DNA from: Candidatus Omnitrophota bacterium
GTDB taxonomy: Bacteria > Omnitrophota > Gorgyraeia > Zapsychrales > JANLHA01
Direction of reading: 5' to 3'
DNA: 64,000 nucleotides
NCBI GenBank assembly: GCA_963662715.1
Contig: OY759724.1
Span: 986,662-1,050,661 of the forward strand
Of this stretch, positions 37,127 through 46,520 are shown piece by piece. Under the pieces are notes generated by a model. It was not told the DNA's origin, did no database searches, and saw only the letters and a list, made by a program, of their open reading frames with translations. The translations under genes and the position numbers were made by a program. Numbering within the stretch: the first letter of the stretch is position 1; every line of letters starts with the position of its first letter.

Positions 37127-39268
37127 CTAAGCCAAAGCACTTTCATGTTTTGAATCACGAAGAAAAAGCACTGGGGTTCTTACGGATTCCGAAACCATCC
37201 GAATAAAATTGAGATTGGGTTCATCCGGCATTCCGAAAATATTCATGTCGGCAGCAGGACTGTTATTAATTTTCTCTCTGAAAGCCCCGACCAACACCTT
37301 CATCTCTATTTCCAGAGGAAGTCGCATCAGTTTCTTTAATTTATAAAGATATTCGTATCCTTCCTGCACGTCTTTTTCTTCAGAGACAACCTGAAGGACC
37401 CGGACCTGAGCATCCCAATTATCTCTGAGCTTTAAAGCAATGAGAATGGAAAGGTCAATATTCGGGGTATGTTGCCTGATCCAAAGATTAATGATCTTCT
37501 CCCTCTGCGGAAATATCGACGGGTATGGCTTGAGGATGATAACCCCCAGCCCGGCTTCAACCGCTTTCCGCTGAATCTGCAAAAGATCACCGTCCGCAGA
37601 TGAGTCGTCCGGCAACAAAGAAAACAGCGTATTCGGCGGGAACAACATGTCTTTCACTAACTGTATCGCGACACAACTCGCGGCAGAAAAACTTTCCGAT
37701 TCTATGACGCTGCCTTCCACAAAGAATCCTTCCTCTTTTATATGCTGAAGTCCCTCCATAAACGGCTGTTTCTGAGCGTCCAGCTCCTCTTTCCTCTTTT
37801 CCGGCGCGCCGGTTTCCGTCGCCAAGAAACCCCTGACCTGAACAAACATCAGCCGGCCGGACGGAAAGGCAATGGCCTTAATAAGAGGCTGAACAGCGTA
37901 ATATGTCTCCCAGCGGTCCATAAGAACCAGAAGATTCGGTTTCCAAATTTTGGGATGGTAGGGCAAACGTTCCGCGGCTTTGGCAAACTGCTCCGACAGG
38001 AAGACGAGAAGACCGCTGCGGACATCCGGGGAATGGACGTGGATTTCCCTGCGGATAAGAAGGAAATAAATCACGCCGATGACAGCGAAGGCCATAAGAC
38101 TGAATTTAAAGTCAATCAACATCATAACGATCAGACATCCCATGCCGCCCAAGAACGGGACAAAACGGGGGATCCGGAATGTCGGACGAAAACTGGCAAT
38201 ACCGATACTCTGTTCGATCAGGACGGAAAAATTGATCATACAGTAGGTGATGAGGAAAAACATCGTCAGGAGTCTGGCCAGGGCATCAAGGCTTCCCATC
38301 AAGATCGTAATAAACGATATAACCGCCGTTAACAGGATGGCATTGGACGGTTCTCCTTTTTTGTTGACTTCTGAAAATAAATTTGAAAAAGGAATGATGG
38401 AATGTTTTCCGAGAGCCAATAATGTCCGCGGACTTCCGACAAACATGCTTAAAGCCGAAGATATCGTCGCGCCCATGATTCCGGCGATAACGAGCCATCG
38501 CCACCGGCTTAACTGCATGACAATGGACGTATTTTGGACCAGTTCAGCCGCAGAAACACGCGAAGCAAGAAAGACAGCCAAGCCCAGGTAAATAACAAAA
38601 CTCAGGCCTACGGCGGCCAGCGTCCCCCGGGGGATACTGCTGCGCGGATCTTTAAGCTCGCCTGACATGGAAGCTCCCGCCAGAACCCCGGTAACCGCCG
38701 GAAAAAAAATCGCAAAGACTTTCCAGAAACCTTCGCTGCTCATGCCGTTAAAAATCGCCAGGGAATCAGGGGGAGACATCTTACTGAAAAAAATTGAAAA
38801 CAAAGAAAGGCCGATAAAGGCCATAATAATATACTGCAGCCGAAAGGCCAGACTTGCGCTGATATACGTGATGATCATCAACAGCAGCCAGATAATTAAT
38901 GAAACTAAAAGGAAAGAATGCTCCGGAAAGACGGAGATCCAGCATTCCGTAAAACCGGCGATATAAAAAGCCACGGAAAGAGCCTGGGACACGTACAAGG
39001 GAATGCCTATAGAGCCGCCGGCTTCAATGCCTAATGATTTCGCTATGATGGAATAGGCCCCTCCCGTCCCTATGCGGATATTGGTCACAATGCTGGACAT
39101 GGAAAGAGCGGTGGCAAGGGTAATGATATTCGACAACACGATGATCATAACGGTCTGGACAAGCCCCACCTGGCCGACGACCCATCCCAGACGCAGATAC
39201 ATGATGACCCCGAGAATACTCAGCAAAGTCGGAGTGAACACCCCTTCAAATGTGCTGAAACGTTTCAT
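37127..39268 (-). CDS. Cation-chloride cotransporter-like (SLC12/CCC, APC superfamily) permease with C-terminal cytoplasmic domain
   Basis: The N-terminal transmembrane portion carries the APC-fold signature GGAYSIIAKSLGIEAGGSIGIPLY, which is SLC12-like. A soluble domain of about 250 aa forms the C-terminus. Confidence 0.75.
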   Translation of the reverse strand: MKRFSTFEGVFTPTLLSILGVIMYLRLGWVVGQVGLVQTVMIIVLSNIITLATALSMSSIVTNIRIGTGGAYSIIAKSLGIEAGGSIGIPLYVSQALSVAFYIAGFTECWISVFPEHSFLLVSLIIWLLLMIITYISASLAFRLQYIIMAFIGLSLFSIFFSKMSPPDSLAIFNGMSSEGFWKVFAIFFPAVTGVLAGASMSGELKDPRSSIPRGTLAAVGLSFVIYLGLAVFLASRVSAAELVQNTSIVMQLSRWRWLVIAGIMGATISSALSMFVGSPRTLLALGKHSIIPFSNLFSEVNKKGEPSNAILLTAVISFITILMGSLDALARLLTMFFLITYCMINFSVLIEQSIGIASFRPTFRIPRFVPFLGGMGCLIVMMLIDFKFSLMAFAVIGVIYFLLIRREIHVHSPDVRSGLLVFLSEQFAKAAERLPYHPKIWKPNLLVLMDRWETYYAVQPLIKAIAFPSGRLMFVQVRGFLATETGAPEKRKEELDAQKQPFMEGLQHIKEEGFFVEGSVIESESFSAASCVAIQLVKDMLFPPNTLFSLLPDDSSADGDLLQIQRKAVEAGLGVIILKPYPSIFPQREKIINLWIRQHTPNIDLSILIALKLRDNWDAQVRVLQVVSEEKDVQEGYEYLYKLKKLMRLPLEIEMKVLVGAFREKINNSPAADMNIFGMPDEPNLNFIRMVSESVRTPVLFLRDSKHESALA

Positions 39269-39505
39269 ATAATCTCACTTGGTTCTGCCGGATCCCCGGG
39301 GACCTGACGCCTGCCAGCATTCCAGATTTGACAGAGCACAGGGATTTCGGTTTGCAGAATTCATATTGTTGAGGCAGGGCCTTCTTTTTTCCCAAGAACA
39401 GTCACGATACCGGAGAAAATTCCCGGCTTCTTCGGGGACGAACACCGAAAGAGACCTCTTCCGAAAGCCGGGCAATACGTCTCCCCAAAATCCTCCAAAA
39501 GAGTC

Positions 39506-39991
39506 CTATCCTGCGGTATCCAATCCGAACTCTTTTTTAATCTTCAACTTAGCTTCAATGAAATCTTTGTGATCGACCCCGCATAAACCGGAAATTTTAC
39601 GGATAATTTCATGTTCTTCATGTGCAAGCTCACCATCAGCACAAGCCACACGGAACAGACATTCGATAATATCCTTCTTAACAGAATACGGAAGATCCTG
39701 CTTCACTTCGCTGGTAAAGGTAAACAAATCGATTCTTTCCCGGGCAGCGATTTCTATGGAGTGCATAATATACGACATGTCCTGAGGGGAGATGCCCCCC
39801 CTTTCCTGCAATATCTTCCGAACCTGCTCCCGCTCCTCCGTCAGGAATCTCTTATCGGCTTCCGCAACAACCCACAATAAAACACCCAAGGCAATTTTAT
39901 CATCGATGTTGACAGAAGATTCCCGGGCCGGCTGGTCCTTCCAAACGGAATGAAAAACAGATTGTCTAAACTTGTCAAGAAATCCGGCCAT
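39506..39991 (-). CDS. TerB-family (tellurite resistance TerB-like) protein
   Basis: The 161-aa product has TerB-like helical repeats (LWVVAEADKRFLTEEREQVRKIL ... CLFRVACADGELAHEEHEIIRKI). Confidence 0.75.
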   Translation of the reverse strand: MAGFLDKFRQSVFHSVWKDQPARESSVNIDDKIALGVLLWVVAEADKRFLTEEREQVRKILQERGGISPQDMSYIMHSIEIAARERIDLFTFTSEVKQDLPYSVKKDIIECLFRVACADGELAHEEHEIIRKISGLCGVDHKDFIEAKLKIKKEFGLDTAG

Positions 39992-39998
39992 AACGGTT

Positions 39999-40541
39999 TT
40001 ATTCTATTGCGACACGAAAATAGTCAAATTCATACTGGTTCTTTAAATTATCCGTAGGGATGACATAAGATATGACATCCATGGGAGTGGACACCTGCAC
40101 CGTATCGACTCTCTCTGCTCCCTTGTAGACGGCAAGCCGGCTGCCCTGAACGAGGCCGTTGAGCGCCCCCAAAGTTACGACCCAGGTTTTTGAAGACCGG
40201 TCCACCCAAAGATAGCCTTCCCGGGCCGACTTCACGTCTTTATCATATATCGTTTCCGCTTGTTGAATAATGCGTTCCAAAGAAATTTCCCGGCCGATGG
40301 CGTTGACTAACACCTGCTGGGTCTGTTCCATCTCAATTCTTTCTTCCTCTATCAAATCTGTCTGCTCTTGCAGGGTGGCGAGTTCTTCGTTCTGGTCTCT
40401 TATCTGGCCGTACAGCAAATAAAAAACCACGCCAATCCCCAGGAAAGATATCACAATAAAAAAAATCCCCAAACGCAGCTTCATCCGCATTGAATCGCTT
40501 TTTGAAGATGAGGAACGCTCTTTTTTCTTTTCTTTTGCCAT
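39999..40541 (-). CDS. Membrane-anchored coiled-coil protein with C-terminal beta-rich domain (paralog of 18495..19820 C-terminus)
   Basis: A basic N-terminus, a TM helix and a coiled coil are followed by TWVVTLGALNGLVQGSRLAVYKGAERVDTVQV. This is homologous to NFVIVDLGESDGLKLGDNMSVYRGAEYVAALEV of the other protein. An 8-nt gap separates it from the TerB gene. Confidence 0.7.
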   Translation of the reverse strand: MAKEKKKERSSSSKSDSMRMKLRLGIFFIVISFLGIGVVFYLLYGQIRDQNEELATLQEQTDLIEEERIEMEQTQQVLVNAIGREISLERIIQQAETIYDKDVKSAREGYLWVDRSSKTWVVTLGALNGLVQGSRLAVYKGAERVDTVQVSTPMDVISYVIPTDNLKNQYEFDYFRVAIE

Positions 40542-40796
40542 AGAATCCGTGGCCTCATACCATAAATAAGCCGGCTACAACAATTTTATCTTAAGGCAAG
40601 CCTTGTTTGAATGCAATACCCATTCCAGATTTTTGTGAAGAAACCCCCGGCCGGTCATGGATCATGACAAACCCTTGGGGCGCCTTCAAAACCAGAAAAT
40701 TCCGACATTATAAAACACGAATACTTACAATCATTTAGACGTTATTGGACCGGTGATGCCCTTTATGAACTAAATTCAACAATTTTAAAATTAGAC

Positions 40797-40825
40797 TTGA
40801 AAAATCCGGAAAAATAATACATAAT
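40797..40825 (+). promoter_or_regulatory. Orphan sigma70-like promoter (TTGAAA-17-CATAAT) in intergenic region
   Basis: The -35 sits at 40797-40802 and the -10 at 40820-40825 with a 17-nt spacer. No plus-strand protein gene follows. Confidence 0.3.
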
Positions 40826-40831
40826 TTTAGA

Positions 40832-40916
40832 GTAAATGGAGGTAGGATGATAGCGAAAGCATCAGAAGGCCTATCACCTTATAAGGACGATCCAGCTAGA
40901 TCGTCCTTATTTTTTA
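40832..40916 (+). ncRNA. Candidate small RNA (~85 nt) defined by promoter at 40797-40825 and intrinsic terminator at 40883-40916
   Basis: The promoter and terminator are spaced appropriately. The only ORFs are a 4-codon ATG-GAG-GTA-GGA-TGA and a 41-codon frame that reads through the terminator, so a non-coding or leader-peptide RNA is more likely. Confidence 0.3.
40883..40916 (+). terminator. Strong Rho-independent terminator on plus strand
   Basis: A 10-bp perfect stem, AAGGACGATC / GATCGTCCTT, with a 6-nt loop is followed by ATTTTTT. Confidence 0.65.
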
Positions 40917-40932
40917 ACCTTTTAATATTCAA

Positions 40933-42207
40933 TCACTTACGGCCAAGAAGGGCAAACATCTTCGTTTTATAGGCCTCGACACCCGGCTGATTAAACGGAT
41001 TCACATCCAACAGATAGCCGGTAATAGCCACTGATTTCTCAAAGAAGTAATACAGCTCTCCCAAAGACACGGCATCAAACCAGGGAACAGTTATTGTCAT
41101 GTTAGGAACACCGCCCTCGTAATGGGCCATAGCCGTTGCCTTATAGGCCTGTTTATTAACATAATCCAGATCTTTACCGGCCACACAATTAAAATTATCA
41201 AGATCATCGTCATCCTGCGGGATAATAAGCTGGTGTCCCGAATTCTCCGAGAGAAGAAAAGTCTCAAACATATTCCTTTCGCCTTCCTGCAACAGCTGTC
41301 CCATGGAATGGAGATCCGTTGTGAAACTCAAAGACGCAGGGAAAATGCCCTTGCCGTCTTTTCCTTCACTCTCTCCAAAAAGCTGTTTCCACCATTCCTC
41401 TACAAAAGACAGCCTTTGATAAAAAGTCGACAACACTTCAATCACTTTACCACGCTGATAGAGCAGATACCGGGCCGCGGCATATTTATAGGCCATATTG
41501 GCCTCCATATCCAAAACAACGCAGTCCTTCATGGCCTGCCGTGCCCCGGCAATTAAGCTTTTAATATCAATACCCGCGATGGCCAGAGGAACAAGGCCGA
41601 CAGGCGTTAATACGGAGAAACGTCCCCCCACGTCATTATTGATAGCAAAAGACCGGTAACCTTCCTGGTCTGTGATGGACCGCAGCGCGCCCTTTTGAGC
41701 GTCTGTAATCGTAATAATGCGTTTCTTGATCTCCTCGGGGGAGTATTTTTCTTCCATGAATTTCTTGATAATCCGAAAAGCCAAAGCCGGCTCCGTGGTC
41801 GTCCCGGACTTAGAAATCACAATAACGGAGACTCTTTTGTCCTTCAACTTTTCCAGCAAGTGATACAGATGCCCGGAGCTCAAATTCTGCCCGGCAAAAT
41901 AAACAGGCATCTTCTGCTCTGCGATTAGGAACTCCAACGAGGCCCTGATGCCGATATAGGAACCGCCGATCCCGATACAGATCAGACAATCCGAATGACC
42001 ACGAACCTCCCGGGCGATATCCAGGATATTGTCTATAAAAGAATCTGTGATCTTTTCAGGAAGATCCAGCCAGCCTGTATAGTCGCTTCCTTTGCCGGTT
42101 CTTTTTAATAAGTGATTATGCGCCTGCTCGACCTTCGACTGAATCTGGTCGAAATCCTCCCCGGACAAAAAGCCCTCAAGATATTGTTGATCAAGCTTGA
42201 TGTTCAT
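40933..42207 (-). CDS. pgi: Glucose-6-phosphate isomerase
   Basis: It has PGI/SIS-domain motifs (CIGIGGSYIG and the SKSGTTTE region) and is 424 aa. Confidence 0.9.
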   Translation of the reverse strand: MNIKLDQQYLEGFLSGEDFDQIQSKVEQAHNHLLKRTGKGSDYTGWLDLPEKITDSFIDNILDIAREVRGHSDCLICIGIGGSYIGIRASLEFLIAEQKMPVYFAGQNLSSGHLYHLLEKLKDKRVSVIVISKSGTTTEPALAFRIIKKFMEEKYSPEEIKKRIITITDAQKGALRSITDQEGYRSFAINNDVGGRFSVLTPVGLVPLAIAGIDIKSLIAGARQAMKDCVVLDMEANMAYKYAAARYLLYQRGKVIEVLSTFYQRLSFVEEWWKQLFGESEGKDGKGIFPASLSFTTDLHSMGQLLQEGERNMFETFLLSENSGHQLIIPQDDDDLDNFNCVAGKDLDYVNKQAYKATAMAHYEGGVPNMTITVPWFDAVSLGELYYFFEKSVAITGYLLDVNPFNQPGVEAYKTKMFALLGRK

Positions 42208-42263
42208 CCTCTTTCCTTTCTGAAAATGATGTTAGACATGTCTCTCATTACTAAAAAATAAAC

Positions 42264-43364
42264 TCATGACAAATCCCGTACCGCCGCATCAATAAGGCCC
42301 CCTCCGATAACGGTCTGCCCCTGATAAAAAACAGCTGACTGCCCCGGGGTCACGGATTTCTGCGGCTCGGAGAAATCAAAACGGACCTTATCTTTTCCTA
42401 AAAAGGTTAAAGCCCCTTCAACTTCAGGAGCATTATAACGAATTCGGACCTTCCCCTCAACAGTCTGTTCCGGAATGTGCGGCAAGAGGCAATTCACCCG
42501 GCTGGCGTAAAGCCCCTTCGCAAAAAGATGTTCTTCCGTGCCGACATAAACGATATTATCTTCGGGGTCAATCTCATAAACATAAACAGGAAACCCCAGA
42601 GCCAGCCCCAGCTTATCTCTCTGGCCGATGGTATAGCGGGCTACGCCCTGATGCCGGCCGACAATGTCTCCCTGAGAATTCTTAAACGGGCCGGGCTTGA
42701 AATAAACGTCACCCACGCGGTCCTGAATAAACTGTTTATAGCCCTCTTCCGGGACAAAACAAATATCCTGACTCTCGGCTTTCTCGGATGTAGGCAAGGC
42801 ATACTTCCTGGCCAATCCGCGGACGTCCTGTTTCCGCAAATCCCCCAAAGGAAACAGAATGTGCGGCAGATATTCTTTTTTTATGCCATACAAAAAATAG
42901 GACTGTTCTTTCTGTTCATCCCGTCCTTTTTTTAAAACATACGTGCCGTTTTGCGGCTCAAAATCGATACGCGCATAATGCCCCGTCGCCAAATAATCCA
43001 TGCCCAAGCGTCTGGCCAGATCGAAAAGGGTTCCGAACTTCAAATATTGATTACAGCGGACACAGGGATTCGGTGTCCGTCCGTGACAATACTCGGCAAT
43101 AAAATCCTGAATGATAAATTTTTCAATATCTTCGGCAAAATCCAAAACATGATGCGGGATGTCCAGGGCTTTCGCGACCGCCCGGGCATCCTGAATGCCG
43201 TCCACCCCGCAGCAAGACGGTTTCCGGCCGGAACCATGAGGGATGTTAAAACACATCGTCACGCCTTCCACCGTATAGCCCGCGTCCTTCAGCAAGGCGG
43301 CTGCGACAGACGAATCAACCCCGCCGCTCATAGCGACCATAACTTTTTTAGCAGATTTCTTCAT
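42264..43364 (-). CDS. mnmA: tRNA-specific 2-thiouridylase MnmA
   Basis: The PP-loop motif VMVAMSGGVDSSVAA is present, with MnmA length and C-terminal barrel motifs. Confidence 0.95.
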   Translation of the reverse strand: MKKSAKKVMVAMSGGVDSSVAAALLKDAGYTVEGVTMCFNIPHGSGRKPSCCGVDGIQDARAVAKALDIPHHVLDFAEDIEKFIIQDFIAEYCHGRTPNPCVRCNQYLKFGTLFDLARRLGMDYLATGHYARIDFEPQNGTYVLKKGRDEQKEQSYFLYGIKKEYLPHILFPLGDLRKQDVRGLARKYALPTSEKAESQDICFVPEEGYKQFIQDRVGDVYFKPGPFKNSQGDIVGRHQGVARYTIGQRDKLGLALGFPVYVYEIDPEDNIVYVGTEEHLFAKGLYASRVNCLLPHIPEQTVEGKVRIRYNAPEVEGALTFLGKDKVRFDFSEPQKSVTPGQSAVFYQGQTVIGGGLIDAAVRDLS

Positions 43365-43467
43365 GTTGAATTTCCGGTTTTTCAGATATCTTCACAGCCC
43401 CGGGGTTTATCTGCCCCGGCGGCTGGCCGGGAGCCGTTACATAAATACGGCGCCTTGTGCCCCGTCA

Positions 43468-45714
43468 TTATCTGCGCCGCGGAGACGGTCTCCTGCCGGT
43501 AACTCTGACAATGGCCTCATACGTCACCTCGAGGATACGGTCCATTTCACTCCGGGAGATAGACAAAGGCGGCATAAGGACGATCACATGTCCCAGAGGG
43601 CGTAAAATCACGCCCTGCGTACGGGCCCATTGACAGACTCGGATACCGACCTTTTCTTTCCAGTCATAAGCTTTCTTCGATCTCTTGTCCCTAACCAGCT
43701 CGATACCGGCCATAAAGCCCTTCTGCCGGACATCCCCGACATGCAGCAAATCGGAAAATTTCTGCAAAGCCTTCTCCAGATATTTAATCTTGGGCTGCAG
43801 CTTCTGCAGCGTCTGCTCCTGCTCAAATACGCTTAAATTGGCCAATGCCGCAGCGCAGCACAAGGGATTCCCGGTGTAGGTATGACCATGAAAAAACGTC
43901 TTCTGATCGGCATAGTCAAAACAAAAACCGTCAAAGATTTTTTGCGAGGTCAACGTGGCCGCCAAAGGCAGATACCCGCCGGTCAATCCTTTCGCCAGAC
44001 AAAGGAAATCCGGACTTACCCCTTCGTGTTCGCAGGCAAACATTTTTCCCGTCCGCCCGAACCCCGTTGCCACTTCGTCGGCAATCAAAAGGATTCTGGA
44101 TCTGTAACACAGCTCCCTGATCCTTTTTAAAACTCCTTCCGGCCACACGATCATACCGCCCGCGCCCTGCACAAGCGGTTCAATCACCAGGGCGGCGATT
44201 TCATGACGACGGCGTTTCAGGATCGACTCCATGCGCGTGAGGCATTCCTCAGTATAATCAGGGTACTGCTTCCCTTCCGGAGCACGATAAAAATCCGGGA
44301 ATTCGATTTCCAGGGTTTGAAAAACCAGCTTTTGATAGACTTTGTGAAATAAGTCGATGCCTCCTATACTGACGCTCCCGCAGGTGTCTCCGTGATAAGA
44401 ATGAGACAAATGGGCCATAAGGGTCTTTTTCGTTTGGCCTTTATTCTGCCAGTATTGGTACGCCATTTTCACGGCAATCTCTACGGCCGTTGACCCGTTA
44501 TCAGAGAAAAAAACCTTATCTAAGCCGGCAGACGATATTTCCACCAGCTTTTTCGCCAAAGAGATCGACGGTTTATGAGATAACCCCAGCAGCGTGGAAT
44601 GGCTTAACTGATTGATCTGCGTCTTAATAGCCTGATCGATCAGGGGATGCCCGTGTCCGTGGACATTCACCCACAGGCTTGAAACACCGTCAAGGTATTT
44701 CTGTCCCGAGACGTCTTCCAGGTAGGCCCCCCGGGCTTTCTGGATCACCAAAGGCTCTTCCTGCTTCCAGTCTTTCATCTGCGTAAAAGGATGCCAGATA
44801 TACTTTTTATCCCAGTTCTCCCAGGGACCTTTCTGCCCTTCCGGCTGGGCCCCCCAAACGCATCGCAGATTAATGACCCGGCGGCATTTGTCCACAACCT
44901 GCTCCTTGATATCCTTCAGCGGCTCCGGGCCGAGATAAGGGATGATGCCCAGAACAGGCACATGAGCGATCCGGCTGATCGTCGGGGGATTCGTCTTCTC
45001 CGGCAAACCCCGCGGATGCGGCGCAGATTCGCTGAAAATGATGCCCTTCACCCTAAGGCCTTTTTCTTCAGCCTGACGAATGGTCAGGAGGGTGTGATTA
45101 ATCGTGCCCAGTCCCAAACGGGCCACAACAATGACTTCGATATCCAATGCCCGGATCAAATCAGCCATAAGGTACTTTTCTTCAATGGGGACCAAAAGGC
45201 CGCCGGCTCCCTCCACCAGCGTCATATCATGTTTCTGCTTCAAAGTGTGATACTTCTCCAGAACATCCTTCGGTTGAAAACGGATTCTTTCCCGGCGGAA
45301 TGCGACATGCGGAGAAAGGGCGGATTTGGCTTGAAACGGGCGGATATCCGCCAACTCGTCTTTTATGTCCAAAAGCTGCTGCAGCATTTCAGCATCGTCT
45401 CCGCCGCACTGCACGGGTTTCATAATTCCGACATCTATCCCCTTTTTCTGCAACAACAGACCCAGAACGCCCGCAACGATAGTCTTCCCGACGCCCGTAT
45501 CCGTCCCTGTAATGAATACGGCCCGCCCGTGTCTGGGCTTGGGCTCTGCGCCTTGCGGCCGAGGGTTCTCTTTCCCCCCGTGTTGCTGCGCCTGTTTTGA
45601 TTTCCTGCCCGCCCGTCTTTTGGCCGATAACTCCTCCGCCATCATGTCAAGAATATCCAGTGGATTGACAACATCATTGTCTTTATTTTTCTTGCCTCTT
45701 TTATCCTGCTTCAT
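43468..45714 (-). CDS. bioDA: Bifunctional dethiobiotin synthetase / adenosylmethionine-8-amino-7-oxononanoate aminotransferase (BioD-BioA fusion) with basic N-terminal extension
   Basis: The N-terminal BioD P-loop is FITGTDTGVGKT. The C-terminal class-III PLP aminotransferase carries the BioA motifs. About 65 basic/disordered residues precede BioD. The start at 45714 forms an ATGA overlap with the bioC stop. Confidence 0.85.
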   Translation of the reverse strand: MKQDKRGKKNKDNDVVNPLDILDMMAEELSAKRRAGRKSKQAQQHGGKENPRPQGAEPKPRHGRAVFITGTDTGVGKTIVAGVLGLLLQKKGIDVGIMKPVQCGGDDAEMLQQLLDIKDELADIRPFQAKSALSPHVAFRRERIRFQPKDVLEKYHTLKQKHDMTLVEGAGGLLVPIEEKYLMADLIRALDIEVIVVARLGLGTINHTLLTIRQAEEKGLRVKGIIFSESAPHPRGLPEKTNPPTISRIAHVPVLGIIPYLGPEPLKDIKEQVVDKCRRVINLRCVWGAQPEGQKGPWENWDKKYIWHPFTQMKDWKQEEPLVIQKARGAYLEDVSGQKYLDGVSSLWVNVHGHGHPLIDQAIKTQINQLSHSTLLGLSHKPSISLAKKLVEISSAGLDKVFFSDNGSTAVEIAVKMAYQYWQNKGQTKKTLMAHLSHSYHGDTCGSVSIGGIDLFHKVYQKLVFQTLEIEFPDFYRAPEGKQYPDYTEECLTRMESILKRRRHEIAALVIEPLVQGAGGMIVWPEGVLKRIRELCYRSRILLIADEVATGFGRTGKMFACEHEGVSPDFLCLAKGLTGGYLPLAATLTSQKIFDGFCFDYADQKTFFHGHTYTGNPLCCAAALANLSVFEQEQTLQKLQPKIKYLEKALQKFSDLLHVGDVRQKGFMAGIELVRDKRSKKAYDWKEKVGIRVCQWARTQGVILRPLGHVIVLMPPLSISRSEMDRILEVTYEAIVRVTGRRPSPRRR

Positions 45715-46502
45715 AATAATTCCCTCTTTCGAGCAACAATTTTGATAACTTCAAAAGTCGCCTGTATTCCCTGCTGTGATTTAAATTGAGATTTATAGTA
45801 CTGATCCGCCGCCGCTAAACCTTCCCTGCCTATAAAAAACGTCCCGTTCATCGTGTTGGCGCCGATAGCTTTAAGCCAGCGCAGCAAATCCAGCAAATCC
45901 GTAAAAGGTCTCCGGCTGTTTTGTCTCTGCTGCCTGATGATCTGAAACCCCTGCCCTTGCAGGGCCGAAAGGACAGACTCCCCCTCCGGCAGGCGGGATG
46001 TCAACGGGACACTCCGGCCCGGTATAGACGGAAAGGCGTTTTGAAATGACTCGTACATTTCCCAAAGGGTTTCCCGGGTAAACAATGTGACATACAACTC
46101 CCCGTCCTTTCCCAGGACCCGGTAAATCTGGCGGAAAGACGCCGAAAGGTCCTCAACCCATTGATAGGCCAGGTTAGAGACAACCAGATGAAAAACATTA
46201 TCTTTAAACGGAAGGTGCGCGGCATCCGCCTGTACCGCCTGAATGCCCACCCGGTTTTTTCTGACGAAATGAGCCATGCCAAAAGCCAGGTCCATGCCCA
46301 CCACTCCGGCGCCGGGGAAAGCCCTCTGCAGTTCCTGGGTCATCCACCCGGTGCCCATTCCGACATCCAGCAGGAACATGCTGTCCCGCCGAGACGGGAT
46401 GTCCGCCAAAAGGTCCCTGCCGATGTCCTGCTGAAGAGCCGTATGCTGATCATAACGATGCGCTGAGCCGGAAAAAGCTTTTTGAATATGTTGTTTGTTC
46501 AT
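45711..46502 (-). CDS. bioC: Malonyl-[ACP] O-methyltransferase BioC
   Basis: It has the SAM-binding motif LDVGMGTGWMT, is 263 aa, and sits inside the bio operon. Confidence 0.85.
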   Translation of the reverse strand: MNKQHIQKAFSGSAHRYDQHTALQQDIGRDLLADIPSRRDSMFLLDVGMGTGWMTQELQRAFPGAGVVGMDLAFGMAHFVRKNRVGIQAVQADAAHLPFKDNVFHLVVSNLAYQWVEDLSASFRQIYRVLGKDGELYVTLFTRETLWEMYESFQNAFPSIPGRSVPLTSRLPEGESVLSALQGQGFQIIRQQRQNSRRPFTDLLDLLRWLKAIGANTMNGTFFIGREGLAAADQYYKSQFKSQQGIQATFEVIKIVARKRELL

Positions 46503-46520
46503 GACCCTTCTCTCTTTAAT

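Noticed and set aside
37742-38591. Plus-strand ORFs of 196 aa and 114 aa inside the SLC12-like gene
   Set aside because: They are antisense frames of a 12-TM transporter gene. They are basic and low-complexity with no start context.
39269-39505. c-di-AMP (ydaO-type) riboswitch in the leader of the SLC12-like K/Cl transporter gene
   Set aside because: Only a short CCCCGAAGAAG segment resembles the ACCCGAAGG element. The pseudo-twofold conserved cores are not visible by eye.
40854-40979. 41-codon plus-strand ORF (MIAKASEGLSPYKDDPARSS...) after the GGAGG motif
   Set aside because: It reads straight through the strong intrinsic terminator hairpin, so a transcript ending there would lack its stop codon. 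A non-coding sRNA is the more parsimonious reading.
44791-45600. 269-aa plus-strand ORF inside the bioDA gene
   Set aside because: It is antisense to the BioD-BioA fusion gene, which has a clear P-loop and PLP-aminotransferase motifs.
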